From positions 32,001-96,000 of the forward strand of contig CBDAQI010000001.1 of assembly GCA_965198945.1 (NCBI GenBank): DNA of 64,000 bases, in the 5' to 3' direction. Numbering within the stretch: position 1 is the first letter of the stretch; the number at the start of each line of letters is the position of its first letter. The translations under genes were made by a program, and so were the position numbers. The notes beneath the pieces were generated by a model. That model was not told where the DNA came from. It did not search any database and saw only the letters and a list, made by a program, of their open reading frames with translations. Below, in pieces: positions 9,695-19,089 of the stretch. This DNA comes from Thermodesulfobacteriota bacterium (GTDB lineage: Bacteria; Desulfobacterota_D; UBA1144; Nemesobacterales; Mycalebacteriaceae).

Positions 9695-9800
9695 CTGTTA
9701 AACCTCCCGGCAAAATTGTAAAAAGCCTACTCTTACCGAGATGGTAATCTACCACAAAGAATTCCAAGATTAAACAGGAAAAGTTGCGCCCGGCATTGCG

Positions 9801-11207
9801 CTAATCCTCCCGCAAATTTTGCAAAATGCCCGCCAACGGCTCTTCCAGTGTTATTCTGAGATTTTTCTCCCCTTTGACCGCCTTATGAAGATCGCTGAAC
9901 GCCACGCCGCCCGTCCATATTATTTCGCCCCCGCACACAAAAATTGGCAGCCGCTTTCTGAGAAAAGACGGTATTTTCCTGTCAGAAAAAATTGACTTGA
10001 TTTTCTTTGTTCCATCCATACCGAGAGGGATGGTTCTGTCTCCGGGTCTGAAATTTCTGACCTCAATCGGGAATTCGGTTTTTTCAAGAGAAAAATGTCC
10101 GACATGGCTCCTGCCCCAGAGCGATGTATCATAAGTTTTTTCAAAATGCGCGACAATTCCTCCCGGCAGAGAGAGGCTCTCTTCGCCTCGCACGGTCATG
10201 CTGTAGTCTTCCACCGGCACACCCGCACTCCTCAGACAGAAAACACCGTGACTTTTCTCCATGGTTATGCCGAACGGAAGACTCACGGCGCCGGAAGCTT
10301 TGCGCGACATCAAAAGCAAGTCCATTTCCTCAAGATGTGAGAACTCCAGCCTTTCAATACCGCCTTTAATCATTGCATATAAACGCCTCAAAAGCTCGGA
10401 GCGCACGGCTCTATGAAGATTCACGCATGCGGAAACCGAACCGGCAATAAAATCCCCGGACCGGTCTTGAAAAAAAATCCGTCCCAGAGCTTTTTCCGCC
10501 TTGAGAGAAATATACGAAGACTGACTGCCCGCAGTGTCGGCAAGCCTGTTAAGAGCTGACTTTATTTGAGGATTAAAAGTTTCAAGCACGGGCAGAACCT
10601 GCTTTCTGATTCTGTTTCTCGTAAAAACCGTCAGCTCGTTGCTGCTGTCCTCAACCCATTTTTCCCCTTTATTTTCAAGATACTCAATAATTTGCCGGCG
10701 GCGGACTGCTATAAAAGGCCTTATCAAACTGCCGGAGCGCGGATTTATTGAAGAGATGCCCGAAACTCCGCTTCCGCGCACTATCCTCATCAGAACAGTC
10801 TCCGCTCTGTCGTCCATTGTGTGAGCTGTGGCTATCCTTTCGGCGCCGGTTTTTTCGCAAATTTCACGGAAAAACCGGTATCTGAGTTCCCTCGCGCCGT
10901 GTTCTATTGAAAGCCCGTTTCTTTTTGAAAACTCTTCGGTGTCACAGGAACGGATCTCAAGCGGCAAACCGAGTCTTCCGCACAGTTCAGACACAAACCC
11001 GGCGTCCCGTTCGGACTCGCTTCCGCGCAAATTGTGATTGAAATGGCAGACAAAAATTTCAGGCGCAAATTCATCAAGCTCTTTGAGGGCATGAAGAAGT
11101 GCGACGGAGTCCGCGCCGCCCGAAACTCCGACAACAACCCTCATGCCCGAGCGCGGCAGCATGTCAAACTCTCTCAGAGCGCTTATCAGATTTTCTTGCA
11201 GACTCAA
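9801..11207 (-). CDS. tilS: tRNA(Ile)-lysidine synthetase
   Basis: SGGADS, H.NH.LR, ARELRY, TAH..DD.AET, EDSSN, RNRIR. Confidence 0.95.
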   Translation of the reverse strand: MSLQENLISALREFDMLPRSGMRVVVGVSGGADSVALLHALKELDEFAPEIFVCHFNHNLRGSESERDAGFVSELCGRLGLPLEIRSCDTEEFSKRNGLSIEHGARELRYRFFREICEKTGAERIATAHTMDDRAETVLMRIVRGSGVSGISSINPRSGSLIRPFIAVRRRQIIEYLENKGEKWVEDSSNELTVFTRNRIRKQVLPVLETFNPQIKSALNRLADTAGSQSSYISLKAEKALGRIFFQDRSGDFIAGSVSACVNLHRAVRSELLRRLYAMIKGGIERLEFSHLEEMDLLLMSRKASGAVSLPFGITMEKSHGVFCLRSAGVPVEDYSMTVRGEESLSLPGGIVAHFEKTYDTSLWGRSHVGHFSLEKTEFPIEVRNFRPGDRTIPLGMDGTKKIKSIFSDRKIPSFLRKRLPIFVCGGEIIWTGGVAFSDLHKAVKGEKNLRITLEEPLAGILQNLRED

Positions 11208-11851
11208 ACCTTTGGCGAAGAAGAGGAAATTCCTCCGGAAATAATCACATTAAAAGCCTGCTCAACGGTGAGCGGAATTTCTATGACTTTGGACTCCGGA
11301 ACCATTAGATAAAAGCCGCTTGTGGGGTTTGGTGTCGTCGGCAGAAAAATATTCACAAGAGTTTCTTCAAGCACGTTATGCCCCTCGCCGGGTTTCATCT
11401 TTCCCATTACAAAACCTATTGAATAAATACCCTCCCTTGGATATTCAAAAATCACGACCCCGTTGCCCTGCCGAATACCGGAAGTGCCGAACAGGGTCCC
11501 CAGAATCTGTTTGGAGGCGTTGTAGGCCGTTCTGACAACGGGTATTGAGAGTATGATTGATTCGGCAAAGCTTACAAGACGGTTGCCGATTATGTTCCTC
11601 GCCACATACCCCGCGAGCACGACAAGAAAAACCGTACAGAAAATTCCTATCGAGAAAGAAATCAGTTGAAAAACCCATTCGGGAAAAGAGTAGTCGGTAA
11701 CCAGATATTCAAGCACTCTTGAAGGCACGGCAATTACAAGTGAGTAAATCCACAAAGAGATTGTATAAACAAAAAAAATGGCGAGGCCGAAAGGGACAAT
11801 TACCGCGAGCCCCGTTAAAAAACCTTTTCTGAGCCAGTTAAAAAAACGCAT
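11204..11851 (-). CDS. DUF502 membrane protein
   Basis: FLTGL..IVP N-terminus, IP.VR..Y, EYPR.G, FLPTTPNPTSGF. Confidence 0.9.
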   Translation of the reverse strand: MRFFNWLRKGFLTGLAVIVPFGLAIFFVYTISLWIYSLVIAVPSRVLEYLVTDYSFPEWVFQLISFSIGIFCTVFLVVLAGYVARNIIGNRLVSFAESIILSIPVVRTAYNASKQILGTLFGTSGIRQGNGVVIFEYPREGIYSIGFVMGKMKPGEGHNVLEETLVNIFLPTTPNPTSGFYLMVPESKVIEIPLTVEQAFNVIISGGISSSSPKV

Positions 11852-11853
11852 AA

Positions 11854-12144
11854 TCAGTCCTTTTTGTAATTTGTCTGTTCCCGCAAAGTTCTGCTGGGCT
11901 TGAAAACAACCTCATTTCTTGAGGGAATTTTTATAATTTCCCCGGTCGCCGGATTTCTGCCTTTTCTGGGTTTTCTTTTTTTTACATACAGGCTCCCGAA
12001 ACGATGCAACTTCACCCAATCACCCTTTTGAAGGGATTTTTTCAGGGTGTCAAAAAAATATTCCACAATGTCGGCGGACTCTCTTTTTGAAAACCCGAGT
12101 TTTTTGTGTATTAAATCAGCAATTTCTTTTTTTGTAACAGCCAC
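11854..12144 (-). CDS. ihfA: integration host factor alpha
   Basis: TKKEIA, VKL..FG, RKGRNPATGE, VVFKPS; lies directly after pheT. Confidence 0.9.
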   Translation of the reverse strand: MAVTKKEIADLIHKKLGFSKRESADIVEYFFDTLKKSLQKGDWVKLHRFGSLYVKKRKPRKGRNPATGEIIKIPSRNEVVFKPSRTLREQTNYKKD

Positions 12145-12148
12145 TTTT

Positions 12149-14575
12149 TTATCTTATTTGAGCGCCGAAAGAATCACCGAGTGTTCGCACGGCTTTTTTC
12201 CAAACCGAGTTCGCCTCTTCATCGGTGAGAGTTTTCTCAGCGGAACGCAAAACAATTGAAATTCCGACACTCTTCATGTCATCCCCCATGGATTTATCCT
12301 CAAAAAGATCAAAAATCCACACATTTTCAATAAGTGGGCTAACACTTTTGACACCGGATATTATATTTCCGACTTCCAGATTTTTTTTCACAATAAAAGC
12401 CACATCGCGCCTGAGCGAAGGAAACCTGGGCAAAGCTGAAAAAACCGGTCCGCCCCCATCACGGCAGGAATAAAGTCTGCCCAAATTCAGCTCAAGAGCA
12501 ACCGGACGTTTAAGGTCAAACACCGTGGCGGCTTCCGGATGTATTTCACCGATGTATCCGAGTTTTATCCCGTCTCCGAAAATAATACTCGCACTTTTTC
12601 CGGGGTGAAAATAATTTTTTTCCGAACCGGGCTCAAAAACCACCGCAGAGCGGAAAGAATCATCACCCCCGGAAAAAATATTCAAAAATTTTTCAAACAA
12701 ACCCTTCATATCAAAAAAATCAAAACTTCCGCCGCTCCATAAATCCGGCAGACCGTCTCCCGCGGCAACGGCCGAAAAAACTTTTTCCTCAACGGGCAGC
12801 CGGCCTTTGCCTTTGGGGTAAAATACTCTGCCCGATTCAAAAATTCTCGCTGCGCCGCACTGTCTGGAAAGATTGAATTTCAAATTTCTCATCAACCCCG
12901 CAAGCAGAGTGCCTCTCATGACGGAAATATCCGCTGAAATTGGGTTGAGAATTTCAAGCATTTCTCCGGAATTAAAAACCCTGAGAAATTCCGGGTTGTC
13001 AAACCCGTAGTTGACGGCCTCTGAAAAACCGTTCAGAACAAAAACGCTTTTTATTAAATTCTCCCCGTCCGTGCGGCCGTTTATTTTCCGCTCAAGCATG
13101 CCGACGCTCGGTTCGGTTTTCGGTATGCTGTTGTATCCGATAAGCCGGGCAACTTCCTCAATCACATCGGCGGGGCGCGTAACATCCGCCCTAAAGGTGG
13201 GAATTTTCAGAGAAACGTCCCCATCACCCGGGTCCGACACCTCAAAGCCCAGAGAAGCCAGAAGCCTTAAGACCTCCTTTCTGTCGCGTGAAGTCCCGAG
13301 AGTTTTCCATATTTTTTCAAGCGATACCCTTAGCTCGCAAGGCTTTATTTCCGTCGGGTAAACATCCGCAACTCCACGCAACCGGGAGCCTCCGGCAACC
13401 GACTTTATCAGAGAAGCAGCCCTTGTCAGAGCAGGAATCGCGGCCGCAGGGTCAACCCCTCTTTCAAATCTGTATGAAGACTCGGACGAAAGTTTCAGAC
13501 GCTTGGAAGTTCTCCTTACGGATGAGGGACTGAAACACGCAGCCTCAAGCAGAATTTTTTCTGTCTTCACACTGACTGAGGAACTCTCCGCTCCCATCAC
13601 GCCGGCAATTGCCAGCACACCCTCAGAATCCGCTATCACAAGGTTTTCGGGGGTCAGGTCATAACTTTGAGAGTCAAGAGCCGTAACAGACTCGCCGGTA
13701 TTTGCGTTTCTTACCGCAAGGCCGTCACTGACAAGGTCTGAATCAAACGCGTGAAGAGGCTGACCGAATTCAAGAAGCACAAGGTTTGTAACGTCAACAA
13801 CGTTGTTTACGGGCCTGATTCCACAGGCTGAAAGACGCGCCCGCAACCACAGCGGCGACTCTGCCACACTGACACCGTCCACAATTCCGCAACAGTAGCG
13901 CAGACAGCCTTTTTCATTTTCCAAGCTAACCTTGACAGCGTCCCGTGCGGCTTGGGAGCTCGTATCATCAACGCCCGGCTTTTGAAGAAGAGGCGGAATT
14001 TTCAAAACCCCGCCGGTTGCGACTGCGATTTCCCGCGCTATTCCAATTACGCTAAGGCAGTCAGGTCTGTTGGGTGTAACGACCACTTCAATAACAACAT
14101 CTTCAAAATCCGGAATTTCGGTAAGCGGTGTTCCCGCCGCAATGAAATCCGGCAGTATCATAATTCCGTCGGACTTGGCGGAAAAAAGCCCGATTTCCTG
14201 TTCCGAGCAAAGCATTCCGCCGGATTCACATCCGCGTATTTTGGAGCGTTTGATAGTGATTCCGTCGGGGAAAACAGCCGTTTGAGGCAACTTTGCCCCC
14301 GGAAGCGCGAGAACGACCATATCGCCCGTTTTCATGTTTGTCGCTCCGCAGACAATTTCGTGTGTTTCTCCGCCGTCAGTAACGGAACACAGAGACAGAC
14401 GGTCTGCGTTTGGATGGGCCCTCACGCTCTCCACTTTTGCAGACACAATTTTATCGTGTGTAAGATGTGTGATTGATTCCACTTCAAGACCCGCCATCGT
14501 AAGCGTTTCTCCAAGCTCTTGTGGAGAAAGGTCAAAATCCACATACTCTTTAAGCCACTTTATGGTTACTTTCAT
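12149..14575 (-). CDS. pheT: phenylalanine--tRNA ligase beta subunit
   Basis: W.KEYV, HPNADRL, IVCGA.N, TPNRPDCLS..GIARE, RFERGVD, C-terminal RFP...RD. Confidence 0.97.
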   Translation of the reverse strand: MKVTIKWLKEYVDFDLSPQELGETLTMAGLEVESITHLTHDKIVSAKVESVRAHPNADRLSLCSVTDGGETHEIVCGATNMKTGDMVVLALPGAKLPQTAVFPDGITIKRSKIRGCESGGMLCSEQEIGLFSAKSDGIMILPDFIAAGTPLTEIPDFEDVVIEVVVTPNRPDCLSVIGIAREIAVATGGVLKIPPLLQKPGVDDTSSQAARDAVKVSLENEKGCLRYCCGIVDGVSVAESPLWLRARLSACGIRPVNNVVDVTNLVLLEFGQPLHAFDSDLVSDGLAVRNANTGESVTALDSQSYDLTPENLVIADSEGVLAIAGVMGAESSSVSVKTEKILLEAACFSPSSVRRTSKRLKLSSESSYRFERGVDPAAAIPALTRAASLIKSVAGGSRLRGVADVYPTEIKPCELRVSLEKIWKTLGTSRDRKEVLRLLASLGFEVSDPGDGDVSLKIPTFRADVTRPADVIEEVARLIGYNSIPKTEPSVGMLERKINGRTDGENLIKSVFVLNGFSEAVNYGFDNPEFLRVFNSGEMLEILNPISADISVMRGTLLAGLMRNLKFNLSRQCGAARIFESGRVFYPKGKGRLPVEEKVFSAVAAGDGLPDLWSGGSFDFFDMKGLFEKFLNIFSGGDDSFRSAVVFEPGSEKNYFHPGKSASIIFGDGIKLGYIGEIHPEAATVFDLKRPVALELNLGRLYSCRDGGGPVFSALPRFPSLRRDVAFIVKKNLEVGNIISGVKSVSPLIENVWIFDLFEDKSMGDDMKSVGISIVLRSAEKTLTDEEANSVWKKAVRTLGDSFGAQIR

Positions 14576-14650
14576 ATCAAAATCTCTTCACCGGAACTGA
14601 TATGGTATTCTAAAGCAGCTTAAATAGAAATCAAATAATACCGGACACTT

Positions 14651-15793
14651 ATGACGAAACAGACCCCCCGAAACATGACGAACAATCTGTCGCGCCTGAT
14701 AGCGGAAGATGTAAAAAAACAGGGCGCCATCACTTTTGAAAGATTTATGGATATTGCCCTTTACCATGAGGAGCTCGGATACTACTCAAGCGGGCGGGCG
14801 CAAATAGGCAAAAAGGGTGATTTCTACACAAGCCCGGCAGTGGGCAGCTCCTTCGGAAAGACTCTTGCAAGGGTCGTTAGCCGCCTGAAAAAGCTGATGG
14901 AGAGGCAGAACTGTATAACCGTTCTGGAAGTGGGAGGCGGGCAAGGATGGCTCGCGTTTGATATTCTTTCCGAGCTTGCAAGAACTGACCCCGAAACTTA
15001 CGGCTTGGTTGAGTATATACTGCTTGACCGTTGCAACCCTCAACAATGCGCGGTTACGGGAAAGCATAAAAACTTCCGCAGAGTGAAAAATTTTGATGAG
15101 ATAGTGGCGCCGTTAACAGGAATTATTCTTTCAAATGAGTTATTTGACGCCATTCCTTTTCATCGGCTCATATTTAGAAACGGGGAAATAAGGGAGATTT
15201 TCGTTTCTTGCGGCGAGTATGGGTTCGTGGAAACCGAAGCCGCGCCTTCAAGCGGAAAACTGGCCGAATACTTTGACAGGTGCGGGGGGGTGGAGAAAAT
15301 GGGATTTGTTGAAGGACAGCAGTTTGAGGTCTGCCCCGGCGCCGCCAAACTGCTGAAACAGATGGCGGACGCCATGAAAAAAGGGATAATTCTGACAATA
15401 GACTACGGTTTGCGGACAGAAGAGCTTTTCAGTCCGGAGAGATACAACGGCACTTTCAAGTGTCTATCAGAACACAAAATCAGCGAATCTCCATATCAGA
15501 AAATCGGCGAACAGGACATAACAGCCCATGTTGACTTTGGAAATCTTGAAAGCACGGGAGAGGCGTCAGGTCTTGCAACTCTTAAATACACAACACAGGG
15601 TCAATTCCTGCTTGACTGGGGAATAATGAAAATTGCCGAAAGAAATCTACAGGAGATACCAGCCATCAAAAACCTGTTTATGCCCTCAATGATGGGAAAC
15701 AGATTCCGAGCTTTGATGCAGGTCAAAAACTCAGACGAACTGAAGGAGAGTTTTTATCCCGAAAGCCCGTTAAAAATTTCATTCGGTCTATAA
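14651..15793 (+). CDS. SAM-dependent methyltransferase, MidA/NDUFAF7 family
   Basis: FERFM..ALY..GYY, GDFYTS, SNELFDA.P, IDYG, QDITAHVDF. Confidence 0.9.
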   Translation: MTKQTPRNMTNNLSRLIAEDVKKQGAITFERFMDIALYHEELGYYSSGRAQIGKKGDFYTSPAVGSSFGKTLARVVSRLKKLMERQNCITVLEVGGGQGWLAFDILSELARTDPETYGLVEYILLDRCNPQQCAVTGKHKNFRRVKNFDEIVAPLTGIILSNELFDAIPFHRLIFRNGEIREIFVSCGEYGFVETEAAPSSGKLAEYFDRCGGVEKMGFVEGQQFEVCPGAAKLLKQMADAMKKGIILTIDYGLRTEELFSPERYNGTFKCLSEHKISESPYQKIGEQDITAHVDFGNLESTGEASGLATLKYTTQGQFLLDWGIMKIAERNLQEIPAIKNLFMPSMMGNRFRALMQVKNSDELKESFYPESPLKISFGL

Positions 15794-15880
15794 GACAAGG
15801 TCAATACACCCGCTTCTTTACTTGACACACATACATCACCGCCGTTACAGTAAAAAATCTGAAACTCCGAGGTTAATCAA

Positions 15881-16564
15881 ATGACTGACTCTATATACAA
15901 AAACAACATCGGCCCTGAGATGGGCAAATTCAAAGAAACAAACCCCGAAATGCTTGAATCATGGATGGCTTATCACGACAGCGTATTTAATGACGGGGCT
16001 CTGTCCGTTAAGGAAAAGCAGCTTATAGCCGTTGCGGTCGCACATATAACATCCTGCCCTTACTGCATAAGGTCAAGAGTCAACGCTTCACTCAAAGCCG
16101 GAGCGACGGACAAAGAGATTGTTGAGGTTATTTATGTTGCAATGCGTCTTGCCATGGGCGCGCCCTACGCCTTCTCAAGCATAGCGTTTGAGGCATGGGA
16201 CCATCTTGAACAGAGTGTTCCGCTCTCTGAAGGACACTTTTTCAAAAAAGACATAGCTCACGAAATCAACTTCTTCAAAGAAGAAAGCGGGGACATAGCC
16301 GCGCCGTTTGGAAACTTCCACAAGAAAACTTTTGAAGACGGAGCTCTCACAAAGAAATTTAAACGCGGTATCGTGGCGCTTGCCTGTGCCCTGACTACAA
16401 AATGCCCCTACTGCATAAGATCCTGCGTCAAAGACGGGAAAGCGGACGGTGTAACATCAAAACAGATAGCCGAAGCCGTAAACGTTGCAATGGTTATGAC
16501 CGCCGGAGCCTGCTGGGCGCATTCTTCAATAGCAATGGAAACAATAGCAAAAGCGGAAAAATAA
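15881..16564 (+). CDS. tandem two-domain carboxymuconolactone decarboxylase / AhpD-like peroxidase
   Basis: Two repeats, each DGAL..K.K..IA.A.A....CPYCI; TTGACA promoter at 15822. Confidence 0.85.
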   Translation: MTDSIYKNNIGPEMGKFKETNPEMLESWMAYHDSVFNDGALSVKEKQLIAVAVAHITSCPYCIRSRVNASLKAGATDKEIVEVIYVAMRLAMGAPYAFSSIAFEAWDHLEQSVPLSEGHFFKKDIAHEINFFKEESGDIAAPFGNFHKKTFEDGALTKKFKRGIVALACALTTKCPYCIRSCVKDGKADGVTSKQIAEAVNVAMVMTAGACWAHSSIAMETIAKAEK

Positions 16565-16576
16565 GTTCATCGCCTT

Positions 16577-17971
16577 TTGACAACGCCCTCATACACAGCG
16601 GCGGATGACACCATATCCGCAATTTCCACACCGCCCGGCAAGGGTGGAATCTGCGTAATACGCATAAGCGGAAAAAAATCTCTTTCAGTAATAAGACGAC
16701 TGTTTATGTTTCACGGGAAACATCGCGATTTTGAACCGCGAATAATGTATGCCGGGAACATAATTAACCCCGAAAACAAAACCGTTCTGGACAGCGCAAT
16801 GTGCGTTTTTATGAAGGCGCCCCATTCATATACCGGAGAGGATTCCGCTGAAATTCACTGCCACGGCGGCACCGCATGCTCCGGAAAAGTGATGGAGTTG
16901 ACTCTGAAACGAGGATGCAGACCCGCAAAACCCGGAGAGTTCACCCAGAGGGCTTTTATGAACGGGAAAATGGATCTTGCACAGGCACAGGCGGTTGCAG
17001 ACATAATCAACGCGCAAAGTGAACTTGGGCTCAAACAGGCGGGACTTCAACTGTCCGGCGGACTTTCCGACAGAATAAACGAAACAAAAAAGCAGTTGGT
17101 TGAAATTTTCGCGGAAATTGAAACGCGAATAGATTTTCCGGAAGAAGAAACAGGAGACATATCAACAAGTCTAATGAGACAAACCGCTGAAAACGTCCTC
17201 AGGGAACTGAAATCGCTGCTTTCCACATATACGTCGGGAAGTCTAATACGCGAAGGAGCGGGAGTCGCAATAGTAGGAAAGCCGAATGTGGGCAAATCAA
17301 GTCTTATGAACGCGATTCTCGGCAGAGAACGCGCCATAACAAGCAAAGAACCCGGAACGACAAGAGACTATATTGAGGAACAGATATCCATAGAAGGCAT
17401 CACTGTCAGGCTTACCGATACGGCCGGAATCAGAAACGCCCGGAATGAGGCCGAAAAAGCGGGAATTAAAATGGCAAAAGACAGAGCTCTTGGAGCTGAC
17501 ATGCAAATTCTGGTAATTGATGGAAGTATTCCGCTTTCCGAAGAAGAAGTTGGGATGGTTGAAAATTCGGAGAAAAACACCATCCTCGTCATAAACAAGT
17601 CAGATTTGGCCGGAAAAAACATAAAAAGCATACAAAACAGGTTTGAGATGCGCGAAACGGCTCTCACATCGGCGAAAACAGGTGAGGGGATTCAAATTTT
17701 GAAAGGGAAAATAGGAAAAACACTTATGGAAAACACCAAACCCATGGAAACCAACGAGGCGGCTTTGACCTGCCTCCGGCACAAAGAGGCGGTTGAAAAA
17801 GCTCTCCTGGACGTAAAAGAGTTTTTAAGCCTCCTGAACGGAAAAGAGTCGCCTGAAATACTGTCAATAAAGGCCAGAGAAGCAATCGATTCACTTGGCG
17901 AGATAACGGGCGAAACCACAACCGAAGAGATACTCGGTGTCATTTTCGGAAAGTTTTGCATAGGAAAATAG
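16577..17971 (+). CDS. mnmE: tRNA modification GTPase
   Basis: DTISAISTPPG.GGI..IRISG, SYTGED, GEFT.RAF.NGK, GKPNVGKSS, DTAG, NKSD, FCIGK. Confidence 0.97.
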   Translation: MTTPSYTAADDTISAISTPPGKGGICVIRISGKKSLSVIRRLFMFHGKHRDFEPRIMYAGNIINPENKTVLDSAMCVFMKAPHSYTGEDSAEIHCHGGTACSGKVMELTLKRGCRPAKPGEFTQRAFMNGKMDLAQAQAVADIINAQSELGLKQAGLQLSGGLSDRINETKKQLVEIFAEIETRIDFPEEETGDISTSLMRQTAENVLRELKSLLSTYTSGSLIREGAGVAIVGKPNVGKSSLMNAILGRERAITSKEPGTTRDYIEEQISIEGITVRLTDTAGIRNARNEAEKAGIKMAKDRALGADMQILVIDGSIPLSEEEVGMVENSEKNTILVINKSDLAGKNIKSIQNRFEMRETALTSAKTGEGIQILKGKIGKTLMENTKPMETNEAALTCLRHKEAVEKALLDVKEFLSLLNGKESPEILSIKAREAIDSLGEITGETTTEEILGVIFGKFCIGK

Positions 17972-18053
17972 GAGAATTACAAAGGAGAGCTGACAATAAT
18001 TCCCGTAATTTTTATAAAAATTGGGTCCGCCGAAGCAAAATGTTATTTTATAC

Positions 18054-18121
18054 AGGGTTCCCGATAACGGTTTCCAATTTGTCCGTTAGTTTGGCTTGGA
18101 TCGTGCCAACGGGAACCCTTT
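18054..18121 (+). ncRNA. three-way-junction RNA candidate with kissing loops (possibly Acido-Lenti-1-like)
   Basis: P1 AGGGTTCCCG/CGGGAACCCT (18054-63/18110-19), P2 TAACGG/CCGTTA, P3 TTGGC/GCCAA. Loops carry complementary TCCAA (18073-77) and TTGGA (18096-100). Extended -10 TGTTATTTT at 18041-49. Confidence 0.55.
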
Positions 18122-18132
18122 ATAAGCCCCTT

Positions 18133-18148
18133 TGTTTCATGTGAAACA
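18133..18148. promoter_or_regulatory. parS: parS centromere-like site
   Basis: TGTTTCATGTGAAACA, one mismatch to the consensus palindrome TGTTTCACGTGAAACA; next to mnmE, near the origin. Confidence 0.85.
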
Positions 18149-18169
18149 TAACGGCCAGTGCCAAATCAT

Positions 18170-18212
18170 TTTTCCACACTTATACACAAAGATGTGGAAT
18201 ATATGTTGACAA
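18170..18212. promoter_or_regulatory. DnaA-box cluster
   Basis: TTTTCCACA (18170), TTATACACA (18180), TGTGGAATA (18193), TGTTGACAA (18204) within 43 bp. Confidence 0.65.
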
Positions 18213-18231
18213 CGATAGGGTCAGGTCTTGT

Positions 18232-19080
18232 TTAATACCACATAAAAGCCTGATATAAAAGATTTTTCAAACAAAGATAGGAAGTGTGAACGGATGTGGA
18301 AAAATCAAGGGTCAAGTCTTGAAATTGAATGTTTTCAACAGGAACAATTCCTGAAACAGAGTTGGTGGCAAAAACAAATTCCATCCGCGCTATTTCCCGC
18401 TCCTGAAGGGAAAGTTCCGACACCGAAAAGCCGGCTTTTGATGCAATATCTATCAAGATTTCCCTTGTTATGCCGGGAAGTATGCCGCAATCTGGAGGGG
18501 GGGTGAAAATATCCGTGCCGTGCCCGAAGAAGATATTGCGGCATGTTGTCTCCACGGGGGCGGCGTCCGCATCGGGCAAAAGAGCGTCGTCAAAACCTCT
18601 TTTTTCCGCTTCCCTCATTGATAATATATTTTCAAGATAATTAAGGGATTTTATTCCGGAGAGAGGAGAATAACGTCTTGAATATCCGTTTTGCAGAAAA
18701 ATAATTTTCAAGGGTTTGACGGAAAAATTATCAGAAAATTCAGTGACGGAAATTATAATTTGAAAAGAATCGGGTTTTGCAAAAAAGGGCGCCGGGAGAC
18801 CTCCTGAAACAAGGCATATTTTCACGACACAGTCGGGAAAGCCCGAATTTTCGGCGGATTTAATTATCTCCCCGGTTATTTCTCCGCCGTCGGAAATGGG
18901 TATTTCCAGAACGGCCGCGCCATGTAAAATTCTTTTAATATGCTTTTCCAGAAAAACGGGTCTAAATCCCCTCCATCTCATTGTTTCAAAAACCCCGTCT
19001 CCGTAGAAAAATCCTCTCGGAAAAATTCCGTTAATGTCCGCGACTTTTTTCCCGCCGATATAGATGACCTGATTTTTCAC
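18232..19080 (-). CDS. pabC: class IV aminotransferase / 4-amino-4-deoxychorismate lyase
   Basis: RG..YGDGVFETMR, H..R, KSLNY, GILPGITR, TNS; adjacent to pabB. Confidence 0.8.
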   Translation of the reverse strand: MKNQVIYIGGKKVADINGIFPRGFFYGDGVFETMRWRGFRPVFLEKHIKRILHGAAVLEIPISDGGEITGEIIKSAENSGFPDCVVKICLVSGGLPAPFFAKPDSFQIIISVTEFSDNFSVKPLKIIFLQNGYSRRYSPLSGIKSLNYLENILSMREAEKRGFDDALLPDADAAPVETTCRNIFFGHGTDIFTPPPDCGILPGITREILIDIASKAGFSVSELSLQEREIARMEFVFATNSVSGIVPVENIQFQDLTLDFSTSVHTSYLCLKNLLYQAFMWY

Positions 19081-19089
19081 AAAAACGAA

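Noticed and set aside
18095..18109. sigma54 promoter (TGGCACG on the minus strand)
   Set aside because: The -12 element reads AAGC rather than TTGC, no gene follows, and the bases are explained by the P3 helix.
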